Assembly: GCA_951406725.2 (NCBI GenBank)
Contig: OX597815.1
Coordinates: 100,812,001 to 100,876,000 of the forward strand
From: Octopus vulgaris
Taxonomy: Eukaryota
DNA length: 64,000 nucleotides
Reading direction: 5' to 3'
Below, piece by piece: positions 26,918 through 39,540 of this stretch (its first letter is position 1; each line of letters starts with the position of its first letter). The notes beneath the pieces were generated by a model. It saw only the letters and a program-made list of their open reading frames with translations, searched no databases and had not been told where the DNA came from. A program made the position numbers and the translations under genes.

Positions 26918-27219
26918 CTGCCGTGTAAGTGTTTTTGTTCTGTCTTCCGGCAAAGAACCATATTTCTGAATGTGTGCTAATAGATCTCCACGGCTGGCGT
27001 ATTCAAGGACCATATATACAAGATGCATTTCTTCAAAAGTTTCGTGAAATTTTATAATATTCGGATGATTAAGACTGGGCCAAAATTCCAATTCTCTCGG
27101 TAAAAATCGAGTTAAGAAGTCTCGTGGAGCTCTCGAACGGTTTACGATTTTCACTGCAAATTGTTGTGAGTGATTAGTCAGACTGCGCAGTAGCTTCACC
27201 TTAGAGAAACTGCCATTAC
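26918..27219 (-). CDS. TSSK-like kinase paralogue B, exon 2 (302 nt)
   Basis: Acceptor ctcttctag| and donor CAG|gtaaat. Encodes (G)NGSFSKVKL...FAVKIVNRSRAPRDFLTRFLPRELEFWPSLNHPNIIKF...LEYASRGDLL...RQ. APxDFxxxFLPREL is a TSSK-family signature. Confidence 0.93.
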
Positions 27220-27294
27220 CTAGAAGAGATAGAAGAATCTAAGTGACTAAACTAAGTCGAATGTTCGGTCTTGTACGGATCAGAAGTTTGCTTT

Positions 27295-27610
27295 GTAATC
27301 ACATGGCAGTGGCTTTGAACTGGTTGATCAGCCTCCCTATTCTCCTGATTTGGTCCCATCTAACTATCATCTGTTCTCCCAACATGAAAAAACAGTTGGC
27401 TGGGAACCAGTACCGCAGTGATGATGACGTCATATCTGCTGTTGGTAATTCTTTTCACCAACCAGCTGAAAGCTTCATCAATGAGATCCAAGCTGCGCAA
27501 AGAAGTGTATGAACAGCAAGGGGGGGGGACTATGTTGGAAAATAAACCTCACTTGGTCACATTCCATGAGCGTGTCTTCGTCTCCCTATGAATATTATCA
27601 AATATATGTG
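27295..27610 (+). mobile_element. Mariner transposase 3' fragment
   Basis: ELVDQPPYSPDLVPSNYHLF.NMKKQLAGNQYRSDDDVISAV contains the mariner YSPDLAPxD motif. It lies about 75 bp from the exon 2 acceptor of gene B. Confidence 0.8.
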
Positions 27611-27615
27611 CGTGA

Positions 27616-27662
<47 letters not shown>

Positions 27663-27923
27663 TATGTATGTATGTACATACACACACACAGTTATTAGAT
27701 CGTCGGAAAGAATGCCTTACAACATTTGTTTCGGATTTCTGCACTCTGAATTCAGATCTCGCCCATGTCAACTTAACCTTTCAGACTTTTGGGCCCGAAA
27801 AATAAAGTACCGAACTAAGGTGGTGGATTGATGAAATTTTCGAGCGGGATTTGTTTCGGCCATGTACGTTGCATGTTCAAATGTCACTGGAGCCGCTTTC
27901 CACAATGTATGTATGTATGTATG

Positions 27924-27954
<31 letters not shown>

Positions 27955-28069
27955 GTGAGTGTGTGCGTGTGCGCGCACGTGCTTGTATGTGTGTACGTGT
28001 GTGTACGTGTATGTATGTGTGTATGTATGTATGTGTGTATGTATGTATGTGTGTGTGTGTGTGTGTGTT

Positions 28070-28757
28070 TCATTATTTAGTTTTATTTCAAGATATCTTG
28101 CCAATAGAGAAAGAGCCGGTTTCTAACCTTCATTGAAATTTCGAAAATATCAACAGGGTATTTTTGTATGTATGTATGTGTGCAGATTTGTATATTTTGC
28201 TTTACGTATGTATTCTCATACATATAGTTGCATGTCTAGACAAGCTTGTATATACTTAAATGTTAAAATGGAAAGTTTTACAGATTTATACATTTCCAGT
28301 GATGGCTTGGATCTGTAGTCTTCGAATCAGCTTTCTCCTTCCTGGTTTTGAGAAACCTAATTTCTCAAGGCTGGTACTTAGGCAGTGTGTTACATATCCC
28401 AGTGACCTAATAATTGTTGGTAAAAACCTGAACATGTAATCTGGATAGAGTAACTGTAGATTTCTCAATAGTTCAGCGTAGCTATTTTTTTTTTCGCTAA
28501 CTTTTAGCTTAATGTTAACATCCGCCGGGCAGCTGATTCCGCAACTGTACTCAGTTTCTCTTCTCTATCCCAAATCACTATGTCAGGTTTATTATGTGTA
28601 TATTTTATTAAGGTTTTCACTGGGACATTCCGCCAGTACTTTTTATTATGAGTGGCTATGGCTTCTACCATACTGTGGGTACTTATTTCCTTGACCTCGG
28701 AGTTATCCTTCCGACGGATCTGATTATAGAGTCTCCTAGATATAACATATCTCGTCG
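28070..28757 (-). mobile_element. 5'-truncated R4/Dong-like RLE LINE, second copy
   Basis: RYVISRRLYNQIRRKDNSE...WRNVPVKT...KPDIVIWDREEK and MRNLQLLYPDY...IQAITGNV, homologous to 1-1047. Flanked on both sides by TATG/TG microsatellite. Confidence 0.8.
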
Positions 28758-29126
28758 GTATGTATGTATGTATATAAGTATGTGTGTGTATGTGTATGTA
28801 TGTATGTATATATGTATGTATGTATGTACGTATGGGTGTGTGTGTGTGTGTGTGTGCGTGTATATATATATATATAATATAATATAACACTAAGTAATTT
28901 AGGGGTTGTGGATCCAACCCACTAAGGGATAATACTTATCCAATATACTGTTGACGTTGTTTTGATAAATAAATAAGTCAACATTTTAATATCCTAAAGC
29001 TGATGAACCAACTAATGTGCTTCTTTTTCTTATTTGTAATATATATAGACTAAATACATCTGTTTGTTTTGTACACCACCTGTCTTCGTCTTTTGTTTTT
29101 TTCGTGAACTCTCCCCTAATATATAG

Positions 29127-29206
<80 letters not shown>

Positions 29207-29212
29207 GTATAT

Positions 29213-29850
29213 ATTCTTTTATTCTTTTACTTGTTTCAGTCATTTGATAGCGGCTATGCCGCAGCACCGCCTTTAGTCGAACAAGTCGACCCCAGGACCT
29301 ACTCTTTGTAAGCCTAGTACTTATTCTATCGGTTTGTTTTTGCTGAACCACTAAGTTACGGAGACGTAAACACACCAACATCAGTTGTCAAGCGATGGTG
29401 GGTGGATAAACACAGATACACAAATACACACACACACACACATACACACACACACACACACACACATACACACACACACATACACACACAAATGAAGAAA
29501 TAATCTTATTCTCAAACGCAGGATAGTGCTAATAATATAGCATGAACAGGATAAACTATCTCTATTTTGAAGAAAAATCTGGCCGCCAACAGATTCTTCT
29601 GCAAAATAAGGATAGTTTATCCTGTTCATGCTATATTATTAGCATTATCCTACGTTTGAGAATAAGATTATTTCTTTATCTGTATCTTTCAATACATCAA
29701 AACGCTTCTTTCAGTTTCCAAGTACTAAATCCACTCACAAGGATTTGGTCGGTCCGAGGCTATAGTAGAAGACACATGCCCACATGCCCAAGGTGCCACG
29801 CAGTGGGACTGAGCCTGGAACCATGTGGTTGTGAAACAAGCTTCTTACCA
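29213..29850 (-). mobile_element. SINE family 1 copy split at its internal microsatellite by a palindromic insert
   Basis: 3' half at about 29213-29490 and 5' half at about 29700-29850, both on the minus strand. Confidence 0.75.
29493..29678. repeat. 186-bp near-perfect palindrome (fold-back / MITE-like)
   Basis: Arms of ~89 bp (AAGAAATAATCTTATTCTCAAACG...AAATCTG / CAGATTC...CGTTTGAGAATAAGATTATTTCTT) around an 8-nt loop GCCGCCAA. ORFs on both strands start MNRINY. Confidence 0.92.
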
Positions 29851-30307
29851 CTATATACATATGTATATATATGTATATATATATACATATGTATATATAT
29901 GTATATATATATATCTTTTATCTTTTACTTGTTTCAGTCATTAGATTGCGATCATGATATATATATATGTACATATGAATGCATATAAGCATGTAGATTT
30001 GTATATAAGCATGTATGTTGGTAGGTAGGTAGGTAGGTAGGTAGGTAGGCAGGCAAGTATGTATGCATGCTTGCACGTACCCTTCTATTCATATTTGAAA
30101 TCTCGTAAGAAAGGAGCTGGTTTCTAAAAGATACAAAACTCCTTCGTTGGAATGTAAATAAGAAAAAATATTCACATTTTGAACTTGAGAAAAGTCTTGC
30201 ATACTTTTGCTGTTCCGCTAACAGATTGTATTTGCAATGTATGATACGTATGTCTTACATGTATGCATATTACCGTTTTTACTTCTAATTATCTAAATTC
30301 TCCCTAT

Positions 30308-30475
30308 AGGCACAGGAGTGGCTGTGTGGTAAGTAGCTTGTTTACCAACCACATGGTTCCAGGTTCAGTCCCACTGCGTGGCACCTTGGGCAAGTGTCTT
30401 CTACTATAGCCTCGGGCAGACCAAAGCCTTGTGAGTGGATTTGGTAGACGGAAACTGAAAGAAGCCCGTCGTATC

Positions 30476-30531
<56 letters not shown>

Positions 30532-30752
30532 TGTGTGTGTTTGTGTGAGTGTGTTTGTCCCCCTAGCATTGCTTGACAACCGATGCTGGTGGGTTTATGT
30601 CCCCGTTACTTAGCGGTTTGGCAAAAGAGACCGATAGAATAAGTACTGGGCTTACAAAAGAATAAGTCCCAGGGTCGAGTTGCTCGATTAAAGGCGGTGC
30701 TCCAGCATGGCCGCAGTCAAACGACTGAAACAAGTAAAAGAGTAAAAGAGAG
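30308..30752 (+). mobile_element. SINE family 1 copy (young)
   Basis: Complete head, (TA)n interior and AAAAGAGT-repeat tail. Nearly identical to 31667-32098. Confidence 0.9.
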
Positions 30753-31039
30753 ATAATGAAAGAAAACATGTAAAAATTACCTTCCGCCACTGAAATTTAG
30801 ATTTAATAACAACAGTAAAAAATTACATGTCCAATTTTTGTATATTTTAACTCTTGAGCTTACAGACTGAATTTTCAATCTGTAAACAGATTATTAGCTG
30901 GTCATTGCTTTTGACAGAAGACCCAAGTTTTTCGAGATTAAACTTAAACACTTATCTTAATTAAGCATACCTATTATTATAGATACAAACGTAAATTCAC
31001 AATCTCAGTAGAGAAGTTTTAAGTTTCGAAGTAATTTAT

Positions 31040-31468
31040 TCTTTTATTCTTTTACTTGTTTCAGTCTTTTGACTGCGGCCATACTGGAGCACCGCCTTGG
31101 TGAGTTTTAGTCGAATAAATCGACCTCAGAACTTATTCTTTGTACTTATTCTATCGGTCTCTTTTGCCGAACCGCTAAGTTATGGGGACGTAAACACACC
31201 AGCATCGGTTGTCAAGCGATGGTGGTGGGGACAAACACAGACACAAAGACACACTTAAACATATACATACATACATGCATACAGAAAAAAACATACATAT
31301 ATATATATACTTAGGGCTTCTTTTCAGTTTCCGTCTCCCATATCCACTCACAGGCTTTGATCGGCCCGAGGCTGTGGTAGAAGACACTTGCCCAAGGTAT
31401 CACGCAGTGGGACTGAACTCAGAACCATTTGGTTGGGAAGCAAGCTTCTTATCACACAGTCACGCCTG
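31040..31468 (-). mobile_element. SINE family 1 copy
   Basis: Full reverse-complement copy. Confidence 0.85.
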
Positions 31469-31666
31469 TTAACTAATATTCTATTTCTCATTTTGAAACA
31501 AATGTTTACATCCCAGGGTAGCTAGCCTCTATAACATGACATAATTTGTTTTTATGTGTACTAAGCAATGTTAGTTCTGTTTTTATGTGTACTAAGCAAT
31601 GTTAGTTCTGTTATGTTTGCACTGGTGGAAGTTTTAATGAGGACGGTCTATAAATATTTTTTGTAT

Positions 31667-31831
31667 AGGCGCAAGAGTGGCTGTGTGGTAAGTAGCTTGT
31701 TTACCAACCGCATGGTTCCGGGTTCAGTCCCATGCGTGACACTTTGGGCAAGTGTCTTCTACTATAGCCTCGGGCCGACCAAAGCCTTGTGAGTGGATGT
31801 GGTAGACGGAAACTGAAAGAAGCCCCTCGTA

Positions 31832-31878
<47 letters not shown>

Positions 31879-32098
31879 TTGTGTGTCTGTGTTTATCCAC
31901 CTAGCATTGCTTGACAACCGATGCTGGTGTGTTTATGTCCCCGTTACTTAGCGGTTCGGCAAAAGATACCGATAGAATAAGTACTGGGCTTACAAAAGAA
32001 TAAGTCCCGAGGTCGAGTTGCTCGATTAAAGGCGGTGCTCCTGCATGGCCGCAGTCAAATGACTGAAACAAGTAAAAGAGTAAAAGAGTAAAAGAGTA
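31667..32098 (+). mobile_element. SINE family 1 copy (young)
   Basis: Complete copy with (AAAAGAGT)n tail. Confidence 0.9.
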
Positions 32099-32484
32099 AC
32101 CATCTGTACCTTCTAACGTTTATGTTAGAAATATTTGTTTGGTCTTTGGCAGTCTTACTTACGGAGGGCATTGCATAACAATACCATGCTGCATTTTAGG
32201 GCAACTACTGATCACGAACGTAATATCTTCTATTGGAATCTGATATATTCAACTTTCAGTCGAATCATGAGCCTTTGAGAACTTCACTCTATTTATTATT
32301 CGCTTAATAGTTATTTGATAGTTATCTTCTGCTCTTAAATTGCAAAATTACATGACATAGATGTAATCACAACGCGTTAGAAAGAGGTTATTTAACTACT
32401 TAAGGTTTACCTCAATATAAAATCGTTCAAATGACAAATAGCTTCACCACTCTTACAGTCTTTTATTTTTTAAAAATATTTTAC

Positions 32485-32645
32485 GTCAGTCATTTTTGAC
32501 TGCGCCCATGCTGGAGCACCACCTTGAAGGGTTTTTAGTCGAACAAATCGACCCCAGGACTTATTTATTTTAAAGCCTGGTATTTATTCTATCGTTCTCT
32601 TTTGCTGGACCGCTAAGTTGCGGGGACCTAAACACACCAACACCG
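32485..32645 (-). mobile_element. SINE family 1, 3' half
   Basis: CAGTCATTTTTGACTGCGCCCATGCTGGAGCACC...CCGCTAAGTTGCGGGGAC. Confidence 0.75.
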
Positions 32646-33039
32646 GTGTGAGTGTGTGTGAGGTGGTATGAAAAGGTTCCCGGACTAGTAAAATCTACCT
32701 ATTACAACAAATTCACAGTCAAATTTGCTTGAGTTATTGCCTAAGTTATTAATTGCCAAGTGTTCACATTTTTAGTCTTGAGCCAATGCCTATATTTTTC
32801 ATAATGAATTTGCCTACCATATATACTATTCTACTTTGCATAAAACTATTTTGCATAAAACTCATTTTTTAAGTATTGTAGTATGTCGAAAGATGCTATG
32901 TGTGAGTAAATTGCGGCTTTAAGAATATTATTCAACTACTACCGTAGTTGAATGATTTATATATATATTTCTTATATCACTGGTGAGTGATATAAGAAAA
33001 AGTTGGTCTCTTGTAGATCTAGCTTTACGAAAACCGTAA

Positions 33040-33043
<4 letters not shown>

Positions 33044-33114
<71 letters not shown>

Positions 33115-33283
33115 AAGAGAGAGAGAGGAGAGAGAGAAAAGGAAAGAGAGAGAGAGAGAGAAAGAAAAAAGGAAAGACAGAGAGAGAGAGTCAATGCTGA
33201 TGATTATCTTCATGTCTTTGGGATGCAATAAGACGATTGCTGGTAGGGCCAGAGAAGTTCCAAAGATCAGGTTATATGCCTTT

Positions 33284-33372
<89 letters not shown>
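33044..33372. repeat. (GA)n microsatellite tracts
   Basis: Two long AG tracts, directly visible. Confidence 0.95.
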
Positions 33373-33376
<4 letters not shown>

Positions 33377-33379
33377 GTG

Positions 33380-34900
33380 AAAAGTTTTGTGGCTTTAGAG
33401 GCTAGATCGAGAGCGTATTGTTTGAGGGTAATGGAAAGGGCGTGTAACAGCTGGTGCGTGTGTATGCAAAGGAACGAGCATGTTATGGTGGAAGTGGATA
33501 CATTTAGATGAGATTTATTAAGGGCGTGTTGTGTGGAGCTGCATGTAAAGTGGATATCAAAAGTGGAGGTTTTCTCCCCAGAAGTAAGTGCTCACAGAAG
33601 CCTCATGGTTAGAAAGTGGAACAAAGGAAGAGTTTAGCAAGGTTGTTAGAGATTCTTTTGGCAAGCCACCGGATGGATCTACTGTAGTTTGGGAGATAGG
33701 AAAGCTTGAAGGTAGGGCGATGCACGGAGACATCCTTCAGGGATAGTGGGATTATCAGAGTTACCGGATCTTGTAAGAGTCTGTTTTTAGAGCCGGTCAG
33801 TTTCACTGCGTTGTAGGGGTTCAATTTTTACCTGAACTACTACCACACAAGCCATGAATAAACTACTTAAGTTGTGTTTGAAATATAGAGGGACATGTCC
33901 AAGAGAGTGGACTCAGTCACACGCCTAGATGTTTCTGATGGGGTAGGAGCGAAGCATAAGTGTTATTAGGGACAGTTAACATAAAATTGGTGGAGCTCCA
34001 ATCTGTCGGGTAATTTGTAATATAATATTTGAGCGTGGCAAGCATTATGTAGTTTGCCGATGTGTATTGAGTAGCAGAGCCGTCTTAGCAGCATTATTGG
34101 CTCCCAGGCAGATCAGTGCACTGGACCCTATATTTTATTGACAGAAAGCTACAACATACATAGATCAAAATTGGGTCCCTAGACCTGTGGGGACCCCGAG
34201 CAACTGCTCAGTCTACCCATGTCTTAAGACAACAGAGTGGAATAGTCACAATAAGGCAGTAGTCAGACAACTCGATAGGTGCTGAAACAGTTATGGAAGA
34301 ATTTGGATTTGGGGATGAAAACAAAACTCCAGTATCTCAGTAAGGGATGTCTGCAGGACTTGAAACAAGTTAGTGTATAGAGTTGTGGGTTGCACAAAAG
34401 ATTTGGTTTCCGCACTACGAAACATCAGTACGAGGTTAGTGTGAGAGCTAAGAGGAGTTGTGAGCATTAAAGTCACCAAGGACAATAATGTCAGGGGAAA
34501 AGGAATTGAGATATGGATGTATATGTCTTTAGTATAGGAGGAGATGTGATCGAAGTTGTTGGCGGTTCGAGGAGTTAGGATATCTGCAGAAGAGGCAGAT
34601 GCATTTGGAGGAATAGGCGTAGAAGAAGATTTTGAGCCAGAATAACTGAGGTCATTGTTGCTGATATCAGATAATACAGGTGACAGGGTGGATGGAATCT
34701 CTGGGTGCGCAGGCTCTACGTTTCGGAGTGAGGATTGAGCAACAGAAATAGATTATAAATAGAAGTTGGAGAATTTGTGTGTCGGTGATAAATTAGGTTG
34801 TGGAAGTTACATGTTAGTAAGAGGTGATATAAGAGGTCTAGGTTGGAAGGCAATCCACGAAGAAGTTGAATAAGCTGTGTGTTTTTTGTTTTCTGTTTTG
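33380..34900 (-). mobile_element. Decayed LINE endonuclease region (Jockey/I-like), tentative, with a small hAT-like MITE at ~34076-34240
   Basis: Minus strand IIVLGDFNAHN near 34460-34490 (APE GDFN motif). The nested element has ends CAGAGCCGTCTTAG / CTTAAGACAAC. Confidence 0.45.
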
Positions 34901-35133
34901 TTCTTAGGAAATGTAAATGGTGACAGTGTGTTGAGCGGTCAAGGAAAATTCCGACCGGGAAGCCGGTCCAATTGCTAACAACAGAAGGAATTTCACGAAA
35001 GGTGGTGTTAAACTGAGCGGCGTTATGTGCCTAAAACTGTGCTTTATTTCTTTCTCACTGTAAGTGTATATACATATATACTGAGAGACAAATAAAAACA
35101 TCTTCGTAATTTCGTTATTTTTTATTTGTTCAA

Positions 35134-35136
<3 letters not shown>

Positions 35137-35229
<93 letters not shown>

Positions 35230-35284
35230 GCACACATACATACATATATATACATATACATACATACATACATACATACATACA

Positions 35285-35317
<33 letters not shown>

Positions 35318-35335
35318 GCATACATACATGCATAC

Positions 35336-35366
<31 letters not shown>
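35137..35366. repeat. (TA)n/(TACA)n/(TG)n microsatellite
   Basis: Directly visible. Confidence 0.95.
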
Positions 35367-35367
<1 letters not shown>

Positions 35368-35577
35368 AACTTCTGAGGGAAGAAAATGTGTGTAATGCGT
35401 CTATGTGTGTGTGTGAGTGCGTGCGTATCTGTGTAAATATTTACCTCTAGTGGTATTTCCTCTGCATCATAATAAACACCGTCTTCGGTGTAGTGGTGAT
35501 TTACTCCTGACTGAGTTTTTTTCCACTAATAAACTAACTCAATCGCTCGCCTACCTTTGTAGAAACCAGTGACTTAC

Positions 35578-35761
35578 CGAGGGATCTTGTAACAATATAA
35601 TCACGCTTCAACAAAGGTATACGGTAATTCAAAACGTATTTGGTAGAATCATTCTTGCTGAGAATGTTTGCGTCTTCTGTTTTAGTGTCTGAATAGTCCA
35701 CTTCGTAATTCCGTTGGTGTAATTTTTTATTTACTGTTGGATGGTCCATAACAGTAACCAT
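35578..35761 (-). CDS. TSSK-like kinase paralogue B, exon 1 (184 nt, phase 1)
   Basis: ATG at 35761 preceded by an in-frame TAA. Ends ...LLKRDYIVTRSL G|gtaagt. Spliced CDS is 184+302+459=945 nt, or 314 aa. Confidence 0.85.
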
Positions 35762-35968
35762 TTAATGCGACATTTGGTTTCGTATTCTTGTTTGCATTTG
35801 TTACGGTTTGCGATCTTTTCCAGCATACTGCTCGATTTAAATTGTTTGCAAATGAAAAGAAGTTGATGACAGCGTTCATTGCTATCAAGCCTCAAGATCA
35901 CGTTGGTAATATTATACAAGGCGCTCATCATGCAACTTGGCTGTACTTTCATTATTAGCAAAAATATA

Positions 35969-36190
35969 AGGCGGCGAGCTAGCAGAATCATTAGAGCGTT
36001 GGGAAAAATACTTTGTAGCATTCATTTCGGCTCGCTTCGTTCTGAGTTCAAATCCCACCAAAACCAATTTTGCCTTTCATACTTTCGGGGTCGGTAAAAT
36101 AAAGTGCCAGCCAACTACAAGGCTCGATGGTGTTTACTAAGCTTCTCCCCTCGAAATTGCTGACTTTGTGTCTGAATTAGAAACCATTAT
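35969..36190 (+). mobile_element. SINE family 2 copy
   Basis: AAGGCGGCGAGCTAGCAGAATC...GTTCTGAGTTCAAATCCC...CTTTCGGGGTCGG. It lies about 200 bp upstream of the gene B ATG. Confidence 0.75.
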
Positions 36191-39189
36191 TATCAATGAT
36201 ATAAAATATAAAAAAAAAGTTAAAATTATAACCGTATTATGTTCACTTTGATGTGATGTCTTAGAACTTCACTCACATCTACATAACACCAATAATATTG
36301 CCATAGCAGCGAAAAACAAGATAAATTACTCCTGTATAAAGATCCATTTTCATTCAATGCATTTCCAGACTGCTAAGCACGGAAGACGAGATATGTCTCT
36401 TCGTTTAAAGTCCTTCCTTTCCAATTTGGACATCATCTTATTAGTGGCGCTATGATTACATATCATGGTTTATTATTCTCATTTTATTGTGGTTGTATGT
36501 GTTGTAGGTCTAACACATCGCCCTGTTTAACACCATTAGCTGGTCTTTGGGTGTCCTTAGTGGAATTCACTCAGTTGCAAGCATCAGTTTCCCACTGCTC
36601 ACGTTAAAAAGGCAGAAATTGACGCATAGATGTTCAAGCCGAGCATTAACTGCTTCAATTTCATCAGTCTAGGGGATTCTACACAGGTTTCTCTCGGTGC
36701 TATTTATCACCTACATTATCAGCATCATTTAATTAGCTAAGGTGATCAACAATGTGATATAATGAGCAGTTATTGCTTCACGGGGTAATTATTGCTGTAC
36801 GAGCCGTCAAAAGAGCGTCTATGTGAACGATTGTCCTGCGAGAAATAGCAGCAAAATCTCTTTGGAATTACGCCCTATCACCTGGAAAATTATGACCGAC
36901 ACATTGAATGAAGCAGATATGAAGATATATGTATAAAAATATATACTCCCATCCAAATCAGAAAAGACACACTTGAATGTCTTTGACAATAAGGCATTTC
37001 GATCAAAGCTCAAAATGTGCTAAACAAGAACAAGAACAGCAACAACAAATTATTGTTCGAGCCAAATAATAAACTTCTTTGTGTTCATTCGAGTTGCTAA
37101 AAATAATAACCAAATCGCTCTCAAATCAAACACCATCGTTTCAAAAAAGACAAGTGACATTAGGTGTGTGGTTCTAGATGCACATTGCCTGCTAAATAAA
37201 AGGTGAGTTGGGCACGGCCTGAACACGTTTTATGTCATATATCTGCTTAATCAGAGCCGAGCTGGCCAAATCAACAATAGCAACGTTAACCAAGTGTTGT
37301 TTGAGTCGACTACATAATCTCTACATATTGGGTCTACTTGTTGGAAATAACTGAAAAATCTCCCTCAAATCGTAATACATACACACACACACACATATCA
37401 GACTCCCTTAGCCAGTGTGTTCTTCTTTGCCCTTCTTTTATTCAAGACACTATATGGTTTGAAGTAGATTTGGCTGTTATGTGTAACAGGTCAAACATTG
37501 GTTTGTAGAACGACTGTACATAACAAATACACTTTTAAACAAGAAAGGATAGTACAAATAAGATTTCTGTCTCTCAAGTAATTCATATATTTCTTAACAC
37601 TGCGTAAACTTCAGCTAAAACCTCTCACAATATTATCATACTAAATTTCTATTGCTTTTGAAGGAAAAATCATTTACTTTAATTCGTGTGGAATTCTATT
37701 TCCATCGTATTTATTCTAAAAACAAAAAACCCTCCCGAATAAACAAGAATAGATAAAATAATGTTGTTATTTTTATTTAAAGACGCAATTAATAATGATT
37801 GGTTTACTTTTGCTGAAACAAAATGAAGGTCGATATCTCTAAATCTACACGTATTTCATTAAATTAGTTTCGAAGAAAAGCAGTGCATAAATTGACATAA
37901 CGAACCATTAGAAAGGATTCAATGCGAAGTCATCCAATATTTTGGATTCAGAGGTTGCAGACTGTGTACTCCATCATGCAAAGGTATATCGTTTGGGGTG
38001 TAGTATAAGGACTAGATTATCTACTCCGACACGTAAGTGTAGTATATAATTGCTGAATATATACTGTTTAGATAGAAGTGACAAGTTATAAATAAAGATT
38101 TTATCAACTATGATTGTTGATAAGAAAAGAAAAAAGCTTCGATGTTTTATACAATAATCTCCATCTTATGTCTCTCTAGTAGTACTCAATTATTGTTTGA
38201 ATGGGTGATTAATATAAAAATTGTTTTGGTATAAAATCCTTGGAGTTAAAATATTCTCGTGTGTTGTGTGATGCTTACTTTTAAGCAATGACTTCAATGA
38301 TTAGCAACTGGTGAAGGGATACAATTGAGACAACAGGGTGCAGGATTAAAGGACTTACAGTATTTAGCTTTGAATACCTTAAATATAATTTCAAGAAATG
38401 TCGAATTTACTTTTCATACCTTCGTGGCTTATGTCATAAATGACTCTTGAATCCTATAATCAATTAACCAAGGATCCACGAATGTTACTGCCATCAGCCT
38501 TTTAACAGTGTCAACTGAATGCTAGGGTAGAAAATAGTGAGTTAGAATCTTACAAATATAAAAATAGGGTGCTATTTCTTTAAATATGAAGTCATTTCAA
38601 GAGACACCATTAGACTAGTAAGCTGTGTTTGTTGATTATAATGAATTCACAGACAAAATCCTATTTTAGTAGAGGTCTATTGATAGAAGGAATAACTGAC
38701 TATTGATGTGTTTATTAGTGTTGTATTATTATTACAATATTAACGAGCAATAAGTAAATGAGAACAGGGTAGATTTAATCTATTACAAGATTTAACACTG
38801 CCAACTAGTTCATATATGCGTTTAGCAGAGATACATAGGTTGCACGGCTCCAGTTAAAGGATTATTTTCTTTCGCGCTACCAGTTCCGGAGGCCATATAA
38901 ACACAATTGGAGCTATTCTTCTTCTTCTGATTAAAATAAAACAATGCCATGTGTAATGTAGTACATCTCTACGCATTTATTTGAAATCTCGTCTCGGTCG
39001 ACATCTGTCATGTCTCTGAAGTCGATAAAATAAGTACCTGATAAATTAAGTAAAAACAAGTACCGGTTTTTATAGATTGTTCTTTTTCTCCAATGAATGT
39101 CCCTGTACTTCCCTCAACGTGGCACCAATAACGGTACACTGAGGGAGATATACAGTAAAATCGCCTGAGAGGAAGATATGGGCTAATTT

Positions 39190-39540
39190 TTACTCCTGCC
39201 TTAGTGAGGGCAGAGGTGTTGTCTTCAGTCGAGTTTGTTTGTCCGTGGACAAGGTGTCTCAAGAACCGTCGGATGGATTTGAATGAAACTTTCAGGGATG
39301 TTTGGCCTCGTGACTAGCACGAACTGATTAGATTTTGGGATCGATCTGGTCCTGGACGATTATTTTTCCTGTTTTTTACTTAATTTTTGAGAGCGATCGG
39401 GTTCATTTTTAGTATTCTCGTTTATGAGAGCACTCGATTTTATTTCAGAAATTTTCATTTTAAAAACCATCTCTGGCTAATCGTTGAGAGGACGTTGATG
39501 TTGCCTTGGCGGAGGTTTGCGCTCTCTGAGTGTTCTTGTT
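39190..39540 (+). mobile_element. Helentron-type non-autonomous element (HINE/DINE-like), tentative
   Basis: 5' subterminal hairpin CTCCTGCCTTAGTGAGGGCAGAGG, then GTTTGTTTGTCCGT and GATTTGAATGAAACTTTCAGG, with a 3' sub-TIR CCTTGGCGGAGG plus a short stem-loop GCGCTC-TCT-GAGTGT. T-rich flanks. Confidence 0.6.

Noticed and set aside
27425-27432. Perfect CRE (TGACGTCA) in intron 1 of gene B, and CRE-like TGACGT at 12187 and 52344, tempting as CREM-type testis elements
   Set aside because: The perfect site is inside a mariner coding remnant, about one such 8-mer is expected by chance in 64 kb, and positions are not conserved among paralogues.
28890-29120. Possible second hammerhead or pseudo-LTR (GGATAA...TTATCC hairpin, nearby CTGATGA)
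   Set aside because: The CUGAUGA and GAAA cores are not arranged around a stem II, so no valid fold can be built.
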